From Verrucomicrobiota bacterium (GTDB lineage Bacteria > Verrucomicrobiota > Verrucomicrobiia > Verrucomicrobiales > V1-33), in NCBI GenBank assembly GCA_031414455.1, contig JANNVM010000021.1:1-35657 (forward strand): a stretch of DNA of 35,657 nt, in the 5' to 3' direction. Shown one piece after another: positions 8,454-17,594 of this stretch (positions are counted from its first letter, which is position 1; each line of letters opens with the position of its first letter). The translations under genes and the position numbers were made by a program. Below the pieces are notes generated by a model, which saw only the letters and a program-made list of their open reading frames with translations, did no database searches and was not told the origin of the DNA.

Positions 8454-9185
8454 TCAATTCGCGGCGGCCGTGCGGCGGCGGCGGTGGGCGGCGAGACCTA
8501 TGCTGCCGAGTGCGAGCAGTCCGAGGCTGGTCGGCTCGGGGACGGCACCGTCTCCGGCGGTGATGCCCGCACCGGGGGTGGACTCGTAGGCCCATTCGTG
8601 AAGGGTGAAGGCCCGCGGCTGGGCATCCGTATCGAGAGCAACCGTCACCCGCACCCATGCATAGTGCTGCGCTGCACCGACATTGAAGCGAATGCCGAGA
8701 TAACCGCTGTTGGCCCCCGCAAAAGCCCACTCGCTGCCGGCGTAGCCTGGCCCGTAGGCCATGCTGGCGACATTTCCAGCTGCTCGCGTGATCGTGAGAA
8801 ACCCCGCGGAGCCGTCAATGACATTGCCCGCGGAAAGACGGGTGGCGTAATCGAAATTTCCAACGCGTGCCCCCAGAACTCCCACCGAACTGCCGGCCAC
8901 GGTGCTGGCGACGACACTAGCCAGACTCGCGGGATTGACGCCGGCTTCAATGCGGGTGCTCAGACGGAAGTCCACCACGCTGTCTCCATTGAGATCGACC
9001 GGGTAAAACTGCGAATTCCCGTTGCCCGGGGTCGTGTCGGCGAGGATTTGATTTCCCGCGTTCACATAGATGACCGCCGCATTCGAAGAAGCCACGCTCA
9101 GGGCACCCACGACGGCTCCGAGCGAATAGCCGGCTACCCTGGAGTTGAGGGCCGGGGAGAGTGATGTGGTTTCGGTCCTGGACAT
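8454..9185 (-). CDS. PEP-CTERM sorting-domain secreted protein
   Basis: Start trimmed from the 422-aa ORF to the internal ATG at 9185 (MSRTETTSL...), which gives a signal-like segment GAVVGALSVASSNA. The C-terminus VPEPTSLGLLALGSIGLAAHRRRR is a canonical PEP-CTERM anchor. Confidence 0.85.
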   Translation of the reverse strand: MSRTETTSLSPALNSRVAGYSLGAVVGALSVASSNAAVIYVNAGNQILADTTPGNGNSQFYPVDLNGDSVVDFRLSTRIEAGVNPASLASVVASTVAGSSVGVLGARVGNFDYATRLSAGNVIDGSAGFLTITRAAGNVASMAYGPGYAGSEWAFAGANSGYLGIRFNVGAAQHYAWVRVTVALDTDAQPRAFTLHEWAYESTPGAGITAGDGAVPEPTSLGLLALGSIGLAAHRRRRTAAAN

Positions 9186-9423
9186 GTCAGTGTGGTTCTG
9201 GTGAATGGGTTTGCTTGGACCGGGGGGGCGCCGGTTTTGTGACGGGGAACGGGCCGGGTTTAAGACATTCCCCGCGGGGACGCAATATTTTCTTCCCGTA
9301 ATTTTGTTCATCTGTTTCACCCGCGCGGCACCCGGGAAGGGAATATCCGGCCCGGCGAGGTTTTGCTTTGCCAGCGGGCCGGAAGTCGCTCTCATCGCGC
9401 GCCCGGGCCTCCCGTTTGCCTCC

Positions 9424-12186
9424 ATGTCCGTTCCCGCCTCTCCATGCCGCCGCATCCTATTGATAGGCTGGGATGCCGCGGACTGGCAGCATATTGATCC
9501 GCTGCTGGAAGAAGGGCTCATGCCCACGCTGCAGGGGCTCATCGCCCGCGGCGTGAGGGGAAATCTTGCGAGTCTCATGCCAATGATCTCGCCGATGCTG
9601 TGGACCACGATCGCGACGGGTAAGACGGCTGACCGCCACGGGGTGCATGGTTTTGTGGAACCGAATCCGGAGAACGGCGGGGCGCGTCCGTGGTCGTGCC
9701 TTTCACGGCAGGGAAAAGCCATTTGGAATATCCTTCAACAAGAGGGCTGGCGCTGCAGTACGGTCGGCTGGTGGGCGAGTCATCCGGCCGAGCCGCTCAA
9801 TGGCGTGGTTGTTTCCAATGTATTTTCCGGCACCCGCCGCAATGCCGCTACCGGCGAGTGGCGGGTGCCCGCCGGATCGGTGCATCCCGCGGAGGCCGCG
9901 GCGCGCATGGCTCCGCGGCGCATGATGCCGCAGGAGGTCACGCAGGAGCACATCCTCCCGTTCATCCCGCGCGCCGCAGAGATCAATCAGGATAAGGACC
10001 GCCGTCTCCAAAACTTCGCCGGCGTGCTTAGCTCCACCGTCACGATTCAGTCGCTGGCGACGGAAATCATGGAGCATGAGCCGTGGGATTTTATGGCGGT
10101 GTATTTTGACGGAGTGGATCATTTCTGCCACGGCTTTATGCCGTTTCACCCGCCGCGGCTCGCGCATGTGCCGGAGCACGAGTTTGCGATCTATCAAGAC
10201 GTCGTCCGCGGCGCCTATCGCTTTCACGACATGATGCTGGAGCGTCTGCTCCAGCTCGCCGGGCCGGAAACGACCATCGTGCTCTGCTCCGATCACGGTT
10301 TTCTGTCCGGATCGAACCGTCCCCTCGCCGATCCCAACGATCCCGCCGGCCCCACGCTGTGGCACCGTGAGATGGGCGTGCTGGTGATGGCGGGACCAGG
10401 TATTGCTGAAGGGAAGCGCGTCTATGGTGCCACGCTGCTTGATATTACGCCGACGCTCCTGACGCTTTGTGGTCTGCCCTGCGGCGCGGATATGTCAGGC
10501 AAGCCGCTTCTCGATGCCCTCACCGGGGTCAGTCTTTCCAGTCTGCCGGCGCGCATTCCGTCGTGGGACGACGTGCCGGGGAATGACGGGCGTCACCCGC
10601 CGGGCACCCGCTACCTCGCCGGTGACGCCGAAACCGCGGACATCACCCGGCAGCTCGCGGCGCTCGGCTATGTGGAAGACACCGGCGACGACAAAGAGAA
10701 AGCCGCCGCCTCCGCCGCCTGCGAAGCCGCCTACAATCTCGCCCAGGTTCACCTCTCGAATAACCGCCCCGGTCTCGCCGTGCCGCTGCTTGAGGATCTG
10801 CTGGCAAAGCGCCCCTGGGAAACGCGCATCATTCACCAGCTCGCCCACGCCCTGACACGTGCGGGATTCCACCGCCAGAGCATGGACCTGCTCGGCGCTG
10901 CGTATCCGGAGAGCGATCCCGAAATGCCGCTGCCCGCTGTGCTGCTCATTCTGGCCCGCGCCAGTCTTGGACTCGGCGACCGTGACGGTGCCTGGTTCTG
11001 CGCCACGCGGGCCGCCCGCAGTTTTCCCATGCTCTCCGGCGCCTATATCGAACTCGCTGATCTCTGCATGGACATCGGCAAGCTGGACGCCGCGGAGCAT
11101 GCCGCCCGCCGTGCCATCGCACTTGATGACACCGGCGCTGCCGCGTGGGAAACGCTCGCTGCCATTCACCTGCGCCGCCACGAGGACGAAGCCGCGCTCG
11201 CCGCCGGCCTCGCCGCCGTCGAGCGTATTTGGCAAATCGGACGCGCCCATTTTATCATCGGCCTCGCACTTGCAAGGCTCCGGCGCTATCCGGAAGCCCG
11301 CATCGCCCTTGAGCGCGCCACCGTCATGCTGCCGCAGCAGCCCGATCCGTGGCGCCTGCTCGCCGTGTTGCCTAACGGTGAAGGAGAAGGCGGTGCCACC
11401 TTCGTCCAGGACGCCTGCCGGATGCGCGCCCGCCTGCTCAGCCGTGAAGCCGCGGTGCAGGGCGAAGCCCGCCGCGTCCGGGCCCGCGAGCCCCGGGCCT
11501 TTCCGCTGCTGCCTCCGCCGGCTGAGCGCCGTGCCATGGTCAACGCCGCCCGCCCGCCCGCCGGAACGGTGCAGACGCCTGCCTTGTCAGGAAAAGTCTT
11601 CACGCTTGTCTCCGGCCTGCCGCGGTCCGGAACCTCGCTCATGATGCAAATGCTCGCGGCCGGCGGACTTCCTCCGCGCACTGACGGCGAGCGGGCCGCC
11701 GACGACGACAACCCCGAAGGCTATCTTGAATGGGAAGCCATCAAGCGCATCGCCGCCGAGCCGCAACTCTTCGACGAGGAAGGCCTCGACCGGCTCGCCA
11801 TTAAATGCGTCACCGCCCACCTGACACGTCTGCCCGCGCAGCACCGCTACCGAATTGTCTTCATGGCCCGCCCCGTCGCCGAGATCGCCCGCAGCCAGCA
11901 GCGCATGATCGAACGCCGCGGCACCTCCGGCATGACCGGCACCCTCGCCGAAATCGAAGCCGCCCTCCAGCGCCACCGCGACGAGACTCTTTCCCACCTC
12001 CGCGGCCATCCGCGCGCCTTCGACGTCCTCATCGTGGACTACCCGTGCCTTGTCGCCGATCCGGCCCCGTGGATCGAAAAGCTCTCCGCCTTCCTCGGCC
12101 CGGAACTCCTGCCGCATCCCCATGATATGGCCGCGGCCGTCCGCCCGGCCCTGCACAGGCAGAGGGAAAGGCAGAATGAAAAATGA
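9424..12186 (+). CDS. three-module cytoplasmic protein: alkaline-phosphatase-superfamily phosphodiesterase/nucleotide pyrophosphatase, TPR repeats, sulfotransferase
   Basis: Start trimmed to ATG 9424 (MSVPASPCRRILLIGWDAADW...). AlkP-type metal and nucleophile blocks: GWDAADW, ISPMLWTTIATGKTADRHGVHGF, YFDGVDHFCHGF, LCSDHGF. The Ala/Leu-rich helical-repeat middle looks like TPR. The C-terminal PAPS-binding loop is FTLVSGLPRSGTSLMMQML. No signal peptide. Confidence 0.85.
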   Translation: MSVPASPCRRILLIGWDAADWQHIDPLLEEGLMPTLQGLIARGVRGNLASLMPMISPMLWTTIATGKTADRHGVHGFVEPNPENGGARPWSCLSRQGKAIWNILQQEGWRCSTVGWWASHPAEPLNGVVVSNVFSGTRRNAATGEWRVPAGSVHPAEAAARMAPRRMMPQEVTQEHILPFIPRAAEINQDKDRRLQNFAGVLSSTVTIQSLATEIMEHEPWDFMAVYFDGVDHFCHGFMPFHPPRLAHVPEHEFAIYQDVVRGAYRFHDMMLERLLQLAGPETTIVLCSDHGFLSGSNRPLADPNDPAGPTLWHREMGVLVMAGPGIAEGKRVYGATLLDITPTLLTLCGLPCGADMSGKPLLDALTGVSLSSLPARIPSWDDVPGNDGRHPPGTRYLAGDAETADITRQLAALGYVEDTGDDKEKAAASAACEAAYNLAQVHLSNNRPGLAVPLLEDLLAKRPWETRIIHQLAHALTRAGFHRQSMDLLGAAYPESDPEMPLPAVLLILARASLGLGDRDGAWFCATRAARSFPMLSGAYIELADLCMDIGKLDAAEHAARRAIALDDTGAAAWETLAAIHLRRHEDEAALAAGLAAVERIWQIGRAHFIIGLALARLRRYPEARIALERATVMLPQQPDPWRLLAVLPNGEGEGGATFVQDACRMRARLLSREAAVQGEARRVRAREPRAFPLLPPPAERRAMVNAARPPAGTVQTPALSGKVFTLVSGLPRSGTSLMMQMLAAGGLPPRTDGERAADDDNPEGYLEWEAIKRIAAEPQLFDEEGLDRLAIKCVTAHLTRLPAQHRYRIVFMARPVAEIARSQQRMIERRGTSGMTGTLAEIEAALQRHRDETLSHLRGHPRAFDVLIVDYPCLVADPAPWIEKLSAFLGPELLPHPHDMAAAVRPALHRQRERQNEK

Positions 12187-12268
12187 AAAAATGAAATATG
12201 CAGAGCCGGAGAAAATGCCTCCGCCCGGGGGTGCGCTGCATTCTGCATTCTCCAATTGACCACCCGGG

Positions 12269-12296
12269 GGAGTGCGCGGAGTCTCGCGCTCCTTTT
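12269..12296 (+). terminator. terminator-like hairpin plus T4, 31 nt upstream of the ilvN start
   Basis: GGAGTGCG (12269-12276) pairs with CGCGCTCC (12285-12292), 8 bp including one G-U, with an 8-nt loop. It is followed by TTTT at 12293-12296. Confidence 0.45.
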
Positions 12297-12326
12297 CCCG
12301 GCACTTCGGGACTGCACCCGCTGCTC

Positions 12327-12857
12327 ATGACTCTGCATACCATCTCCGTTCTCGTTGAAAATAAATTCGGCGTGCTGGCCCGCGTGGCCGGCATGTTCAG
12401 TGGCCGCGGCTATAACATTCACACCCTGAATGTCGGCCCCAGCCATGATCCGAAGGTCAGCCGCATGACCATCGTCGTCCGCGAGAAGGAACTCGTGCTC
12501 AATCAAATCATCAAGCAACTCGACAAGCTGGTTGATGTTTTCCAGGTGCTCGACTTCCGCGAAGGGGACTACGTGGACCGCGAACTCGTCCTCCTCCAGG
12601 TGAAGGTGGACCGCGCCAGCCGCGCGGAAGTCATCGAACTCTGCCAGATCTTCCGCGCGAAGATCATTGATGTCGCCCGCCGCGCCGTCACCATCGAGAT
12701 CACCGGCGACTGCGGCAAGATTGACAAGTTCATCACCCTCATGGACAGCTTCGGCATCCTCGAGCTGACCCGCACCGGACGCATCGCCCTTCCCCGCGTG
12801 AAGAACGTTCAGGAGGAAGCCGCCGAGTGGCAAGGCCCCGCCTCCACCGATTACTGA
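12327..12857 (+). CDS. ilvN: acetolactate synthase small (regulatory) subunit
   Basis: Start trimmed to ATG 12327. [38 protein letters not shown] is the canonical ACT-domain N-terminus of IlvN/IlvH. 176 aa. Confidence 0.93.
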   Translation: MTLHTISVLVENKFGVLARVAGMFSGRGYNIHTLNVGPSHDPKVSRMTIVVREKELVLNQIIKQLDKLVDVFQVLDFREGDYVDRELVLLQVKVDRASRAEVIELCQIFRAKIIDVARRAVTIEITGDCGKIDKFITLMDSFGILELTRTGRIALPRVKNVQEEAAEWQGPASTDY

Positions 12858-12907
12858 TCACTGATCACGGATTACTTATTCTCATCCCACCTACCAAGAA
12901 AACCAAC

Positions 12908-13936
12908 ATGCCCGCCAAAATCTACACGGACAAAGACGCCGACCTCTCCGCCCTTAAAGGCAAAACCTGTGCCGTCATCGGCTTCGGCTCCCAGGGCCAC
13001 GCCCACGCGCTCAACCTCAAAGAGAGCGGCGTCAAAGTCATCATTGGCCTCTACAAAGGCAGCAAGTCCATCCCCGTCGCCAAAGAGCAGGGCTTTGAAG
13101 TGTTCGACACCGCCGAGGCTGTGAAGAAAGCTGATGTCATCTTCGTCGCCGTCCCGGACACCAAAATCCCCGCAGTCTATGAGGCCGACATCAAGCCCCA
13201 CCTCGTGAAGGGCAAGACCCTCCTCTTCAGCCACGGCTTCGCCGTCCACTTCAAGACCATCGTGCCCCCCACGGACATTGACGTCATTCTCGTCGCTCCG
13301 AAAGGCCCTGGCCATATCGTCCGCCGCCAGTTCACTGAGGGCAAAGGCGTGCCCGCCCTCATCGCCATCTATCAAAACCCCAGCAAGAAGGCGAAGAAGA
13401 TCGCCCTCGCGTGGGCCAAGGGCATCGGCGGCACCCGCGCCGGCGTCCTCGAAACCTCCTTCAAAGAAGAGACCGAAACCGACCTCTTCGGCGAGCAGAC
13501 CGTCCTCTGCGGTGGCACCTGCGCCCTCGTCCAGGCAGGCTTCGAAGTCCTCACCGAAGCCGGCTACTCCCCTGAGATGGCCTACTTCGAGTGCCTTCAT
13601 GAATTGAAACTCATCGTGGACCTCATGAACGAAGCCGGGATCGCCGGCATGCGCTTCTCCATCAGCGAAACCGCCAAGTGGGGCGATGTCCTCGTCGGTC
13701 CGAAGATCATTGATGCCGGCGTGAAGAAGCGCATGAAAGCCGCCCTCAAGGACATTCAGAGCGGCAAGTTCGCCAAAGAGTGGGTCGCTGAGTATAAGAG
13801 CGGCTATCCGAAGTATAAGAAGCTCCTCGCCGACGGCGAAAAGCACCCCATCGAAAAGACCGGTGCCAAACTCCGGAGCATGATGCCGTGGATCAAAAAG
13901 CGCGACATCAAGGGCGCTCAGGCCAGCTATAAATAA
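12908..13936 (+). CDS. ilvC: ketol-acid reductoisomerase (class I)
   Basis: Start trimmed to ATG 12908 ([19 protein letters not shown]). NADP-binding motif [21 protein letters not shown]. 342 aa with family-typical sequence along its whole length. Confidence 0.96.
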   Translation: MPAKIYTDKDADLSALKGKTCAVIGFGSQGHAHALNLKESGVKVIIGLYKGSKSIPVAKEQGFEVFDTAEAVKKADVIFVAVPDTKIPAVYEADIKPHLVKGKTLLFSHGFAVHFKTIVPPTDIDVILVAPKGPGHIVRRQFTEGKGVPALIAIYQNPSKKAKKIALAWAKGIGGTRAGVLETSFKEETETDLFGEQTVLCGGTCALVQAGFEVLTEAGYSPEMAYFECLHELKLIVDLMNEAGIAGMRFSISETAKWGDVLVGPKIIDAGVKKRMKAALKDIQSGKFAKEWVAEYKSGYPKYKKLLADGEKHPIEKTGAKLRSMMPWIKKRDIKGAQASYK

Positions 13937-13992
13937 CCGTGGCGCGGGCATGGCTTCCCGCCTGCCCGGGTTTGCCCTCCCATTCACCAAAA

Positions 13993-14020
13993 GGCCGGGC
14001 CCGCAAGGTCCGGCCTTTTT
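13993..14020. terminator. bidirectional intrinsic terminator between convergent ilvC and the DUF1501 gene
   Basis: GGCCGGGCC (13993-14001) pairs with GGTCCGGCC (14007-14015), 9 bp with one G-U, loop CGCAA. It is followed by TTTTT (14016-14020) and preceded by AAAA, so it can serve both strands. Confidence 0.7.
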
Positions 14021-14117
14021 CGTGCCCCCCAATCACAGGCCAGTCGTCAGCAAAGTAGTCGCCGTCCCCGCCCCTGCGCGCATCCCCCTCATATGAAACC
14101 GCCACTCCCAGTCCCGG

Positions 14118-15545
14118 TCACGCGAAGATCTCCTGCACCACCCGTGCGTGTTCGACGCCGGTGAGACGCTGGTCGAGCCCCTGGAAGGGGAAGACGAGGC
14201 GCTCGTGATCGAGACCGACTGCGTGGAGAATGGTGGCGTGAAAATCGCGGACACTGACTTTGTCCACGAGAGCCTTGTGGCCGATTTCATCAGTCTGCCC
14301 GTAGTGCGTACCGCCGCGGATGCCGCCGCCGGCCAGCCATGCAGTGAACGCGTGCGGGTTGTGATCGCGACCCGGCTTGTCGCCTTTTTGGGAGATGGGG
14401 AGGCGGCCGAATTCGCCGGCGCAGATGACGAGGGTGTCGTCGAGCAGTCCGCGCTGCGCGAGGTCGGTGAGGAGCGCACTGAACGGCTGGTCCACTTCGC
14501 CGGCAAATCCGGTGTGATTGCCCATGAGGTCGTTATGGCAGTCCCAGCTCAGCTGGTTATCCATGCCGCCGGAGAAAATCTGCACGAATCGCACACCGCG
14601 TTCGATCATGCGCCTTGCTGTCAGGCATTGCGCGGCCATGTGGGAGCAGTGCGGCTGATCGAGTCCATACAGTTTGCGGATGTGCTCCGGTTCGTTCGTG
14701 ACATCGAAGGCTTCGGGCGCGGCCGTCTGCATCCGATAGGCCAGCTCAAAACTTTCGATGCGCGCAGTGAGTTCGGATTCGAGCGGTGAACCTGGAAGAC
14801 CGTGGCGGTTGAGCGAGGCCATAAGATCGAGTTGCGCGCGCTGCGCGGCATCGGTCAGTCCATCCGGGCGCTTGAGGTTGGCGATGGGCTCGCCCTTGGG
14901 CTTGAGCCAGGTGCCCTGATAGACGCTGGGGAGAAAGCCGGCGTTCCAGTTGCTGGCATTGCCCTTGGGAAGTCCGCGGTCCTTGGGATCGGACATGACG
15001 ACGAACGACGGCAGGTTGCTGCTGGTGCAGCCGAGGCCATAGGTGACCCACGATCCCACGCTGGGATAACCCATGCGCGTGGCCCCGGTGTTCATCATGA
15101 ACAGCGCCGGACTGTGATTGTTGGAATCCGTGTGGCACGAGTGGATGAACGCCATGCGATCCGTGTGCTGCGCGAGTTTCGGAAACAAACTGCTGACCCA
15201 CGTGCCGCTCTGGCCGTGCTGTTGCCACGCGAACGGTGACTTCATGAGCGGGCCGACGGCGTCGGGGAAGAAGCCGGTCTTGGCGTCGAATCCCGCCAGC
15301 GGCTGGCCGTCGCGCTTGATCAGTTCCGGCTTGTAGTCCCAGGTGTCCACGTGACTGGGCCCGCCGTTCATGAAGAGCCAGATCACGGACTTCGCCCGCG
15401 GCGCGGAGTGTGGCGGGTGCGCGGCGAGGGGATTGGCGGAAGCGGCAGCACCGGCGCGCTGCAGCATCGCACTCAGCGCCAGCCAGCCAAAGCCGCCGCC
15501 GGCAGTCTGAAGCAAACGGCGGCGGGAGAGTTGCGGGGAGTTCAT
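14118..15545 (-). CDS. DUF1501 domain protein (sulfatase/alkaline-phosphatase-like) with Tat signal
   Basis: 475 aa. Twin-arginine signal MNSPQLSRRRLLQTAGGGFGWLALSAML. Typical DUF1501 blocks (VIWLFMNGGPSHVDTWDYKPE, GEFGRLP, GRDHNPHAFT). Confidence 0.92.
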   Translation of the reverse strand: MNSPQLSRRRLLQTAGGGFGWLALSAMLQRAGAAASANPLAAHPPHSAPRAKSVIWLFMNGGPSHVDTWDYKPELIKRDGQPLAGFDAKTGFFPDAVGPLMKSPFAWQQHGQSGTWVSSLFPKLAQHTDRMAFIHSCHTDSNNHSPALFMMNTGATRMGYPSVGSWVTYGLGCTSSNLPSFVVMSDPKDRGLPKGNASNWNAGFLPSVYQGTWLKPKGEPIANLKRPDGLTDAAQRAQLDLMASLNRHGLPGSPLESELTARIESFELAYRMQTAAPEAFDVTNEPEHIRKLYGLDQPHCSHMAAQCLTARRMIERGVRFVQIFSGGMDNQLSWDCHNDLMGNHTGFAGEVDQPFSALLTDLAQRGLLDDTLVICAGEFGRLPISQKGDKPGRDHNPHAFTAWLAGGGIRGGTHYGQTDEIGHKALVDKVSVRDFHATILHAVGLDHERLVFPFQGLDQRLTGVEHARVVQEIFA

Positions 15546-15565
15546 TTCGATAAGGTCAATGAATT

Positions 15566-15680
15566 AACAGGAGATAACAGAGGAAACAGAGAAAGAATTT
15601 GAAGCCCGTCTTCGGGGGAAGTGCCGCACACCAACCACCTCCAACCGGCCAAGCCTCTGTTATCTCTGTGTCCTCCTGTT
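15566..15680. repeat. interrupted long inverted repeat (20 bp of pairing) in the spacer between the PSCyt-FGE and DUF1501 genes
   Basis: AACAGGAG (15566-15573) pairs with CTCCTGTT (15673-15680). AGATAACAGAGG (15572-15583) pairs with CCTCTGTTATCT (15654-15665). A 7-nt bulge (15666-15672) lies on one arm. The local sequence is purine-rich and lower in GC. Confidence 0.8.
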
Positions 15681-15700
15681 CAACCTCCGGATGCCTCGCA

Positions 15701-17452
15701 CTACTTCTGCTGATTCACGAGGCCGAGATTCCAGTAGAGATGCACTTTGTCAGGTGGAGGCACGGCGAGCGGACGCACAATACGGAAGCCGAGAAACTGG
15801 GCGTTGGTGTGATACCAGATGCTCTTGGGAAGCTGCGGATCCTGCTGTTTCCAGGTGTCACGCGAGAACCGGCGGGCGGCGCTGCGGAGATCCTGCGGAA
15901 GGTCATCCCATGAACCGCCGCGCACGACTCGCGGATAGAGCGTCACCGGCTGATTGAACGGCGAAGCCGCGCCGGCACCGGGCGAAGCGTAGAATTTCGG
16001 ATCGTACTGATCCAGCGTCCACTCGGCGACGTTGCCGGTGATGTCGTAGAGTCCCCACGGGCTGGGCTTCTTCTTGCCGATCGGCTGGCTCTTGCCGTCG
16101 CTGTTGTCCACAAACCACGCGTAGTCGCCCATCGGCGCTTCGTCGTCGCCCCAGAAGTAGGCGGTCGTGGTCCCGGCGCGCGCGGCGTATTCCCACTCGG
16201 CCTCGGTGGGCAGGCGATAGAAATGACCGGTCTGGGCGCTGAGCCACTGACAGAACTTGCTGGCCGCGTGTTCGGTCATGGAAATGGCAGGGAAGCCGTC
16301 CTGCCCCATGCCGAAAGTCATATCCGTGTATGGTGCCGTGGGGCTGCTCACGGCGTCCACGATGCCGTCTTCGGGTTTGGGATTCTTCTTGGCACCGTCT
16401 TTGTAACGGGCATCCGGCGTGAGCATGAAGGCCATGTAGAGATCCCATGGCACTTCGTAAGCGCCCATCCAGAACGGATCGATCTTCGTCTTCACCTGCG
16501 GGCCTTCGTCGTCCTTGCGGAGCTTCTCCGTGGCGGGACTGCCCATCGTGAACTCACCGCCGGGGATCACCACCATTTGATATTCCTTGCCGGCTTTGGG
16601 GATTTTACCGGTGTAGGGCTTCATGTCGGCGACGGTCGTCTCCTTGCTCGTTTCGGTGATGAAGGCATGGATTTGTTTCGCAAGTTCGAGCGTGTCCGGT
16701 GACGGCGGGCGGTCTTCCGTTTTGGCCTTCTGCACGAGCACCACACCTTCCGGCCACGGGGCACCCTGCTTCACCCACAGGTCCAGCTTTTGAATCTCCT
16801 CTTTGCGCAGCGGGCCACCCTTCTTTTTCGGCGGCATGAGGTCATCGTCATCCGCCGGCAGTTGTGTCCGTGCGGTCAGCAGGCTGTCTTTAGTATTATA
16901 AAGGACGAGGGAGGCGCTGGTGTCGCCGCCTTTGAGATTGAGCGCCAGCGTCGTCATGTCGAGTCCGCCCTCGTTCTTGTCGGACTTGTGGCACGACACA
17001 CAGTTTTGCTCGAGGATCGGCTGCACGTCCCGCGCGAACTGCATCCGCGGCTCCTGCGCGAGCACCACGCCGGCGGGCCATTTCGCCCCGGCGGCGATCC
17101 ACGCCTTCAGCCGTTCCGTCTGCTCTTTCACGAGCGGTGGTTCCTTGCTCGGCGGCATGATGTCATCGTGGCTGGGTGCCAGCACCGTGCTCGTGTAGAG
17201 CGGGCTCTCCTCAGGTTTTCCCGGAACGAGGGCGGTCTTGTTTTCACCGCCTTTGAGCGCCGCCTCCAGAGAGTCGAGTCGCAGTTCACCCTTCTGCTCA
17301 TCAGCCCCGTGACAATGCGTGCAGGACGACTCCATAATCGGCCGGATGAATTGCGTAAAATATTCGTCGGTGCCAGGCTTCGGGTCGGCAGCGCGGGCGG
17401 CGGCAGCGAAGACAAAGACGGCGGCGGGAACCAGGAGGAATTGGTGATACAT
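15701..17452 (-). CDS. secreted protein with two planctomycete-type cytochrome c (PSCyt1) modules fused to a formylglycine-generating-enzyme (FGE/SUMF1) family domain
   Basis: Start trimmed to ATG 17452 (MYHQFLLVPAAVFVFAAAARA, a signal peptide). Two CxxCH motifs, SSCTHCHG and QNCVSCHK, each followed by ...MPP...WI/V..GA.WP. FGE blocks are RLPTEAEWEYAARAG, GLYDITGNVAEWTLD and RVVRGGSWDD. Confidence 0.9.
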   Translation of the reverse strand: MYHQFLLVPAAVFVFAAAARAADPKPGTDEYFTQFIRPIMESSCTHCHGADEQKGELRLDSLEAALKGGENKTALVPGKPEESPLYTSTVLAPSHDDIMPPSKEPPLVKEQTERLKAWIAAGAKWPAGVVLAQEPRMQFARDVQPILEQNCVSCHKSDKNEGGLDMTTLALNLKGGDTSASLVLYNTKDSLLTARTQLPADDDDLMPPKKKGGPLRKEEIQKLDLWVKQGAPWPEGVVLVQKAKTEDRPPSPDTLELAKQIHAFITETSKETTVADMKPYTGKIPKAGKEYQMVVIPGGEFTMGSPATEKLRKDDEGPQVKTKIDPFWMGAYEVPWDLYMAFMLTPDARYKDGAKKNPKPEDGIVDAVSSPTAPYTDMTFGMGQDGFPAISMTEHAASKFCQWLSAQTGHFYRLPTEAEWEYAARAGTTTAYFWGDDEAPMGDYAWFVDNSDGKSQPIGKKKPSPWGLYDITGNVAEWTLDQYDPKFYASPGAGAASPFNQPVTLYPRVVRGGSWDDLPQDLRSAARRFSRDTWKQQDPQLPKSIWYHTNAQFLGFRIVRPLAVPPPDKVHLYWNLGLVNQQK

Positions 17453-17594
17453 GATGGGAACGGGAAAACGGGCGGCAATGGTGCCTCTGTCATGGCGATG
17501 TGCAAGCCCCGGAAATGGTCGAAGAGGAATTGAGGCGCCTGTTTGCCACACGGTGCAAACAGCGAATGGAAAAGAGCATTCGCGCGTTTTGCGA

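Noticed and set aside
12050-12259. An ilv leader peptide or attenuator ORF upstream of ilvN (the track ORF ending ...KMKYAEPEKMPPPGGALHSAFSN).
   Set aside because: It has no run of Ile/Val/Leu codons. Most of this ORF overlaps the 3' end of the 920-aa gene in another frame.
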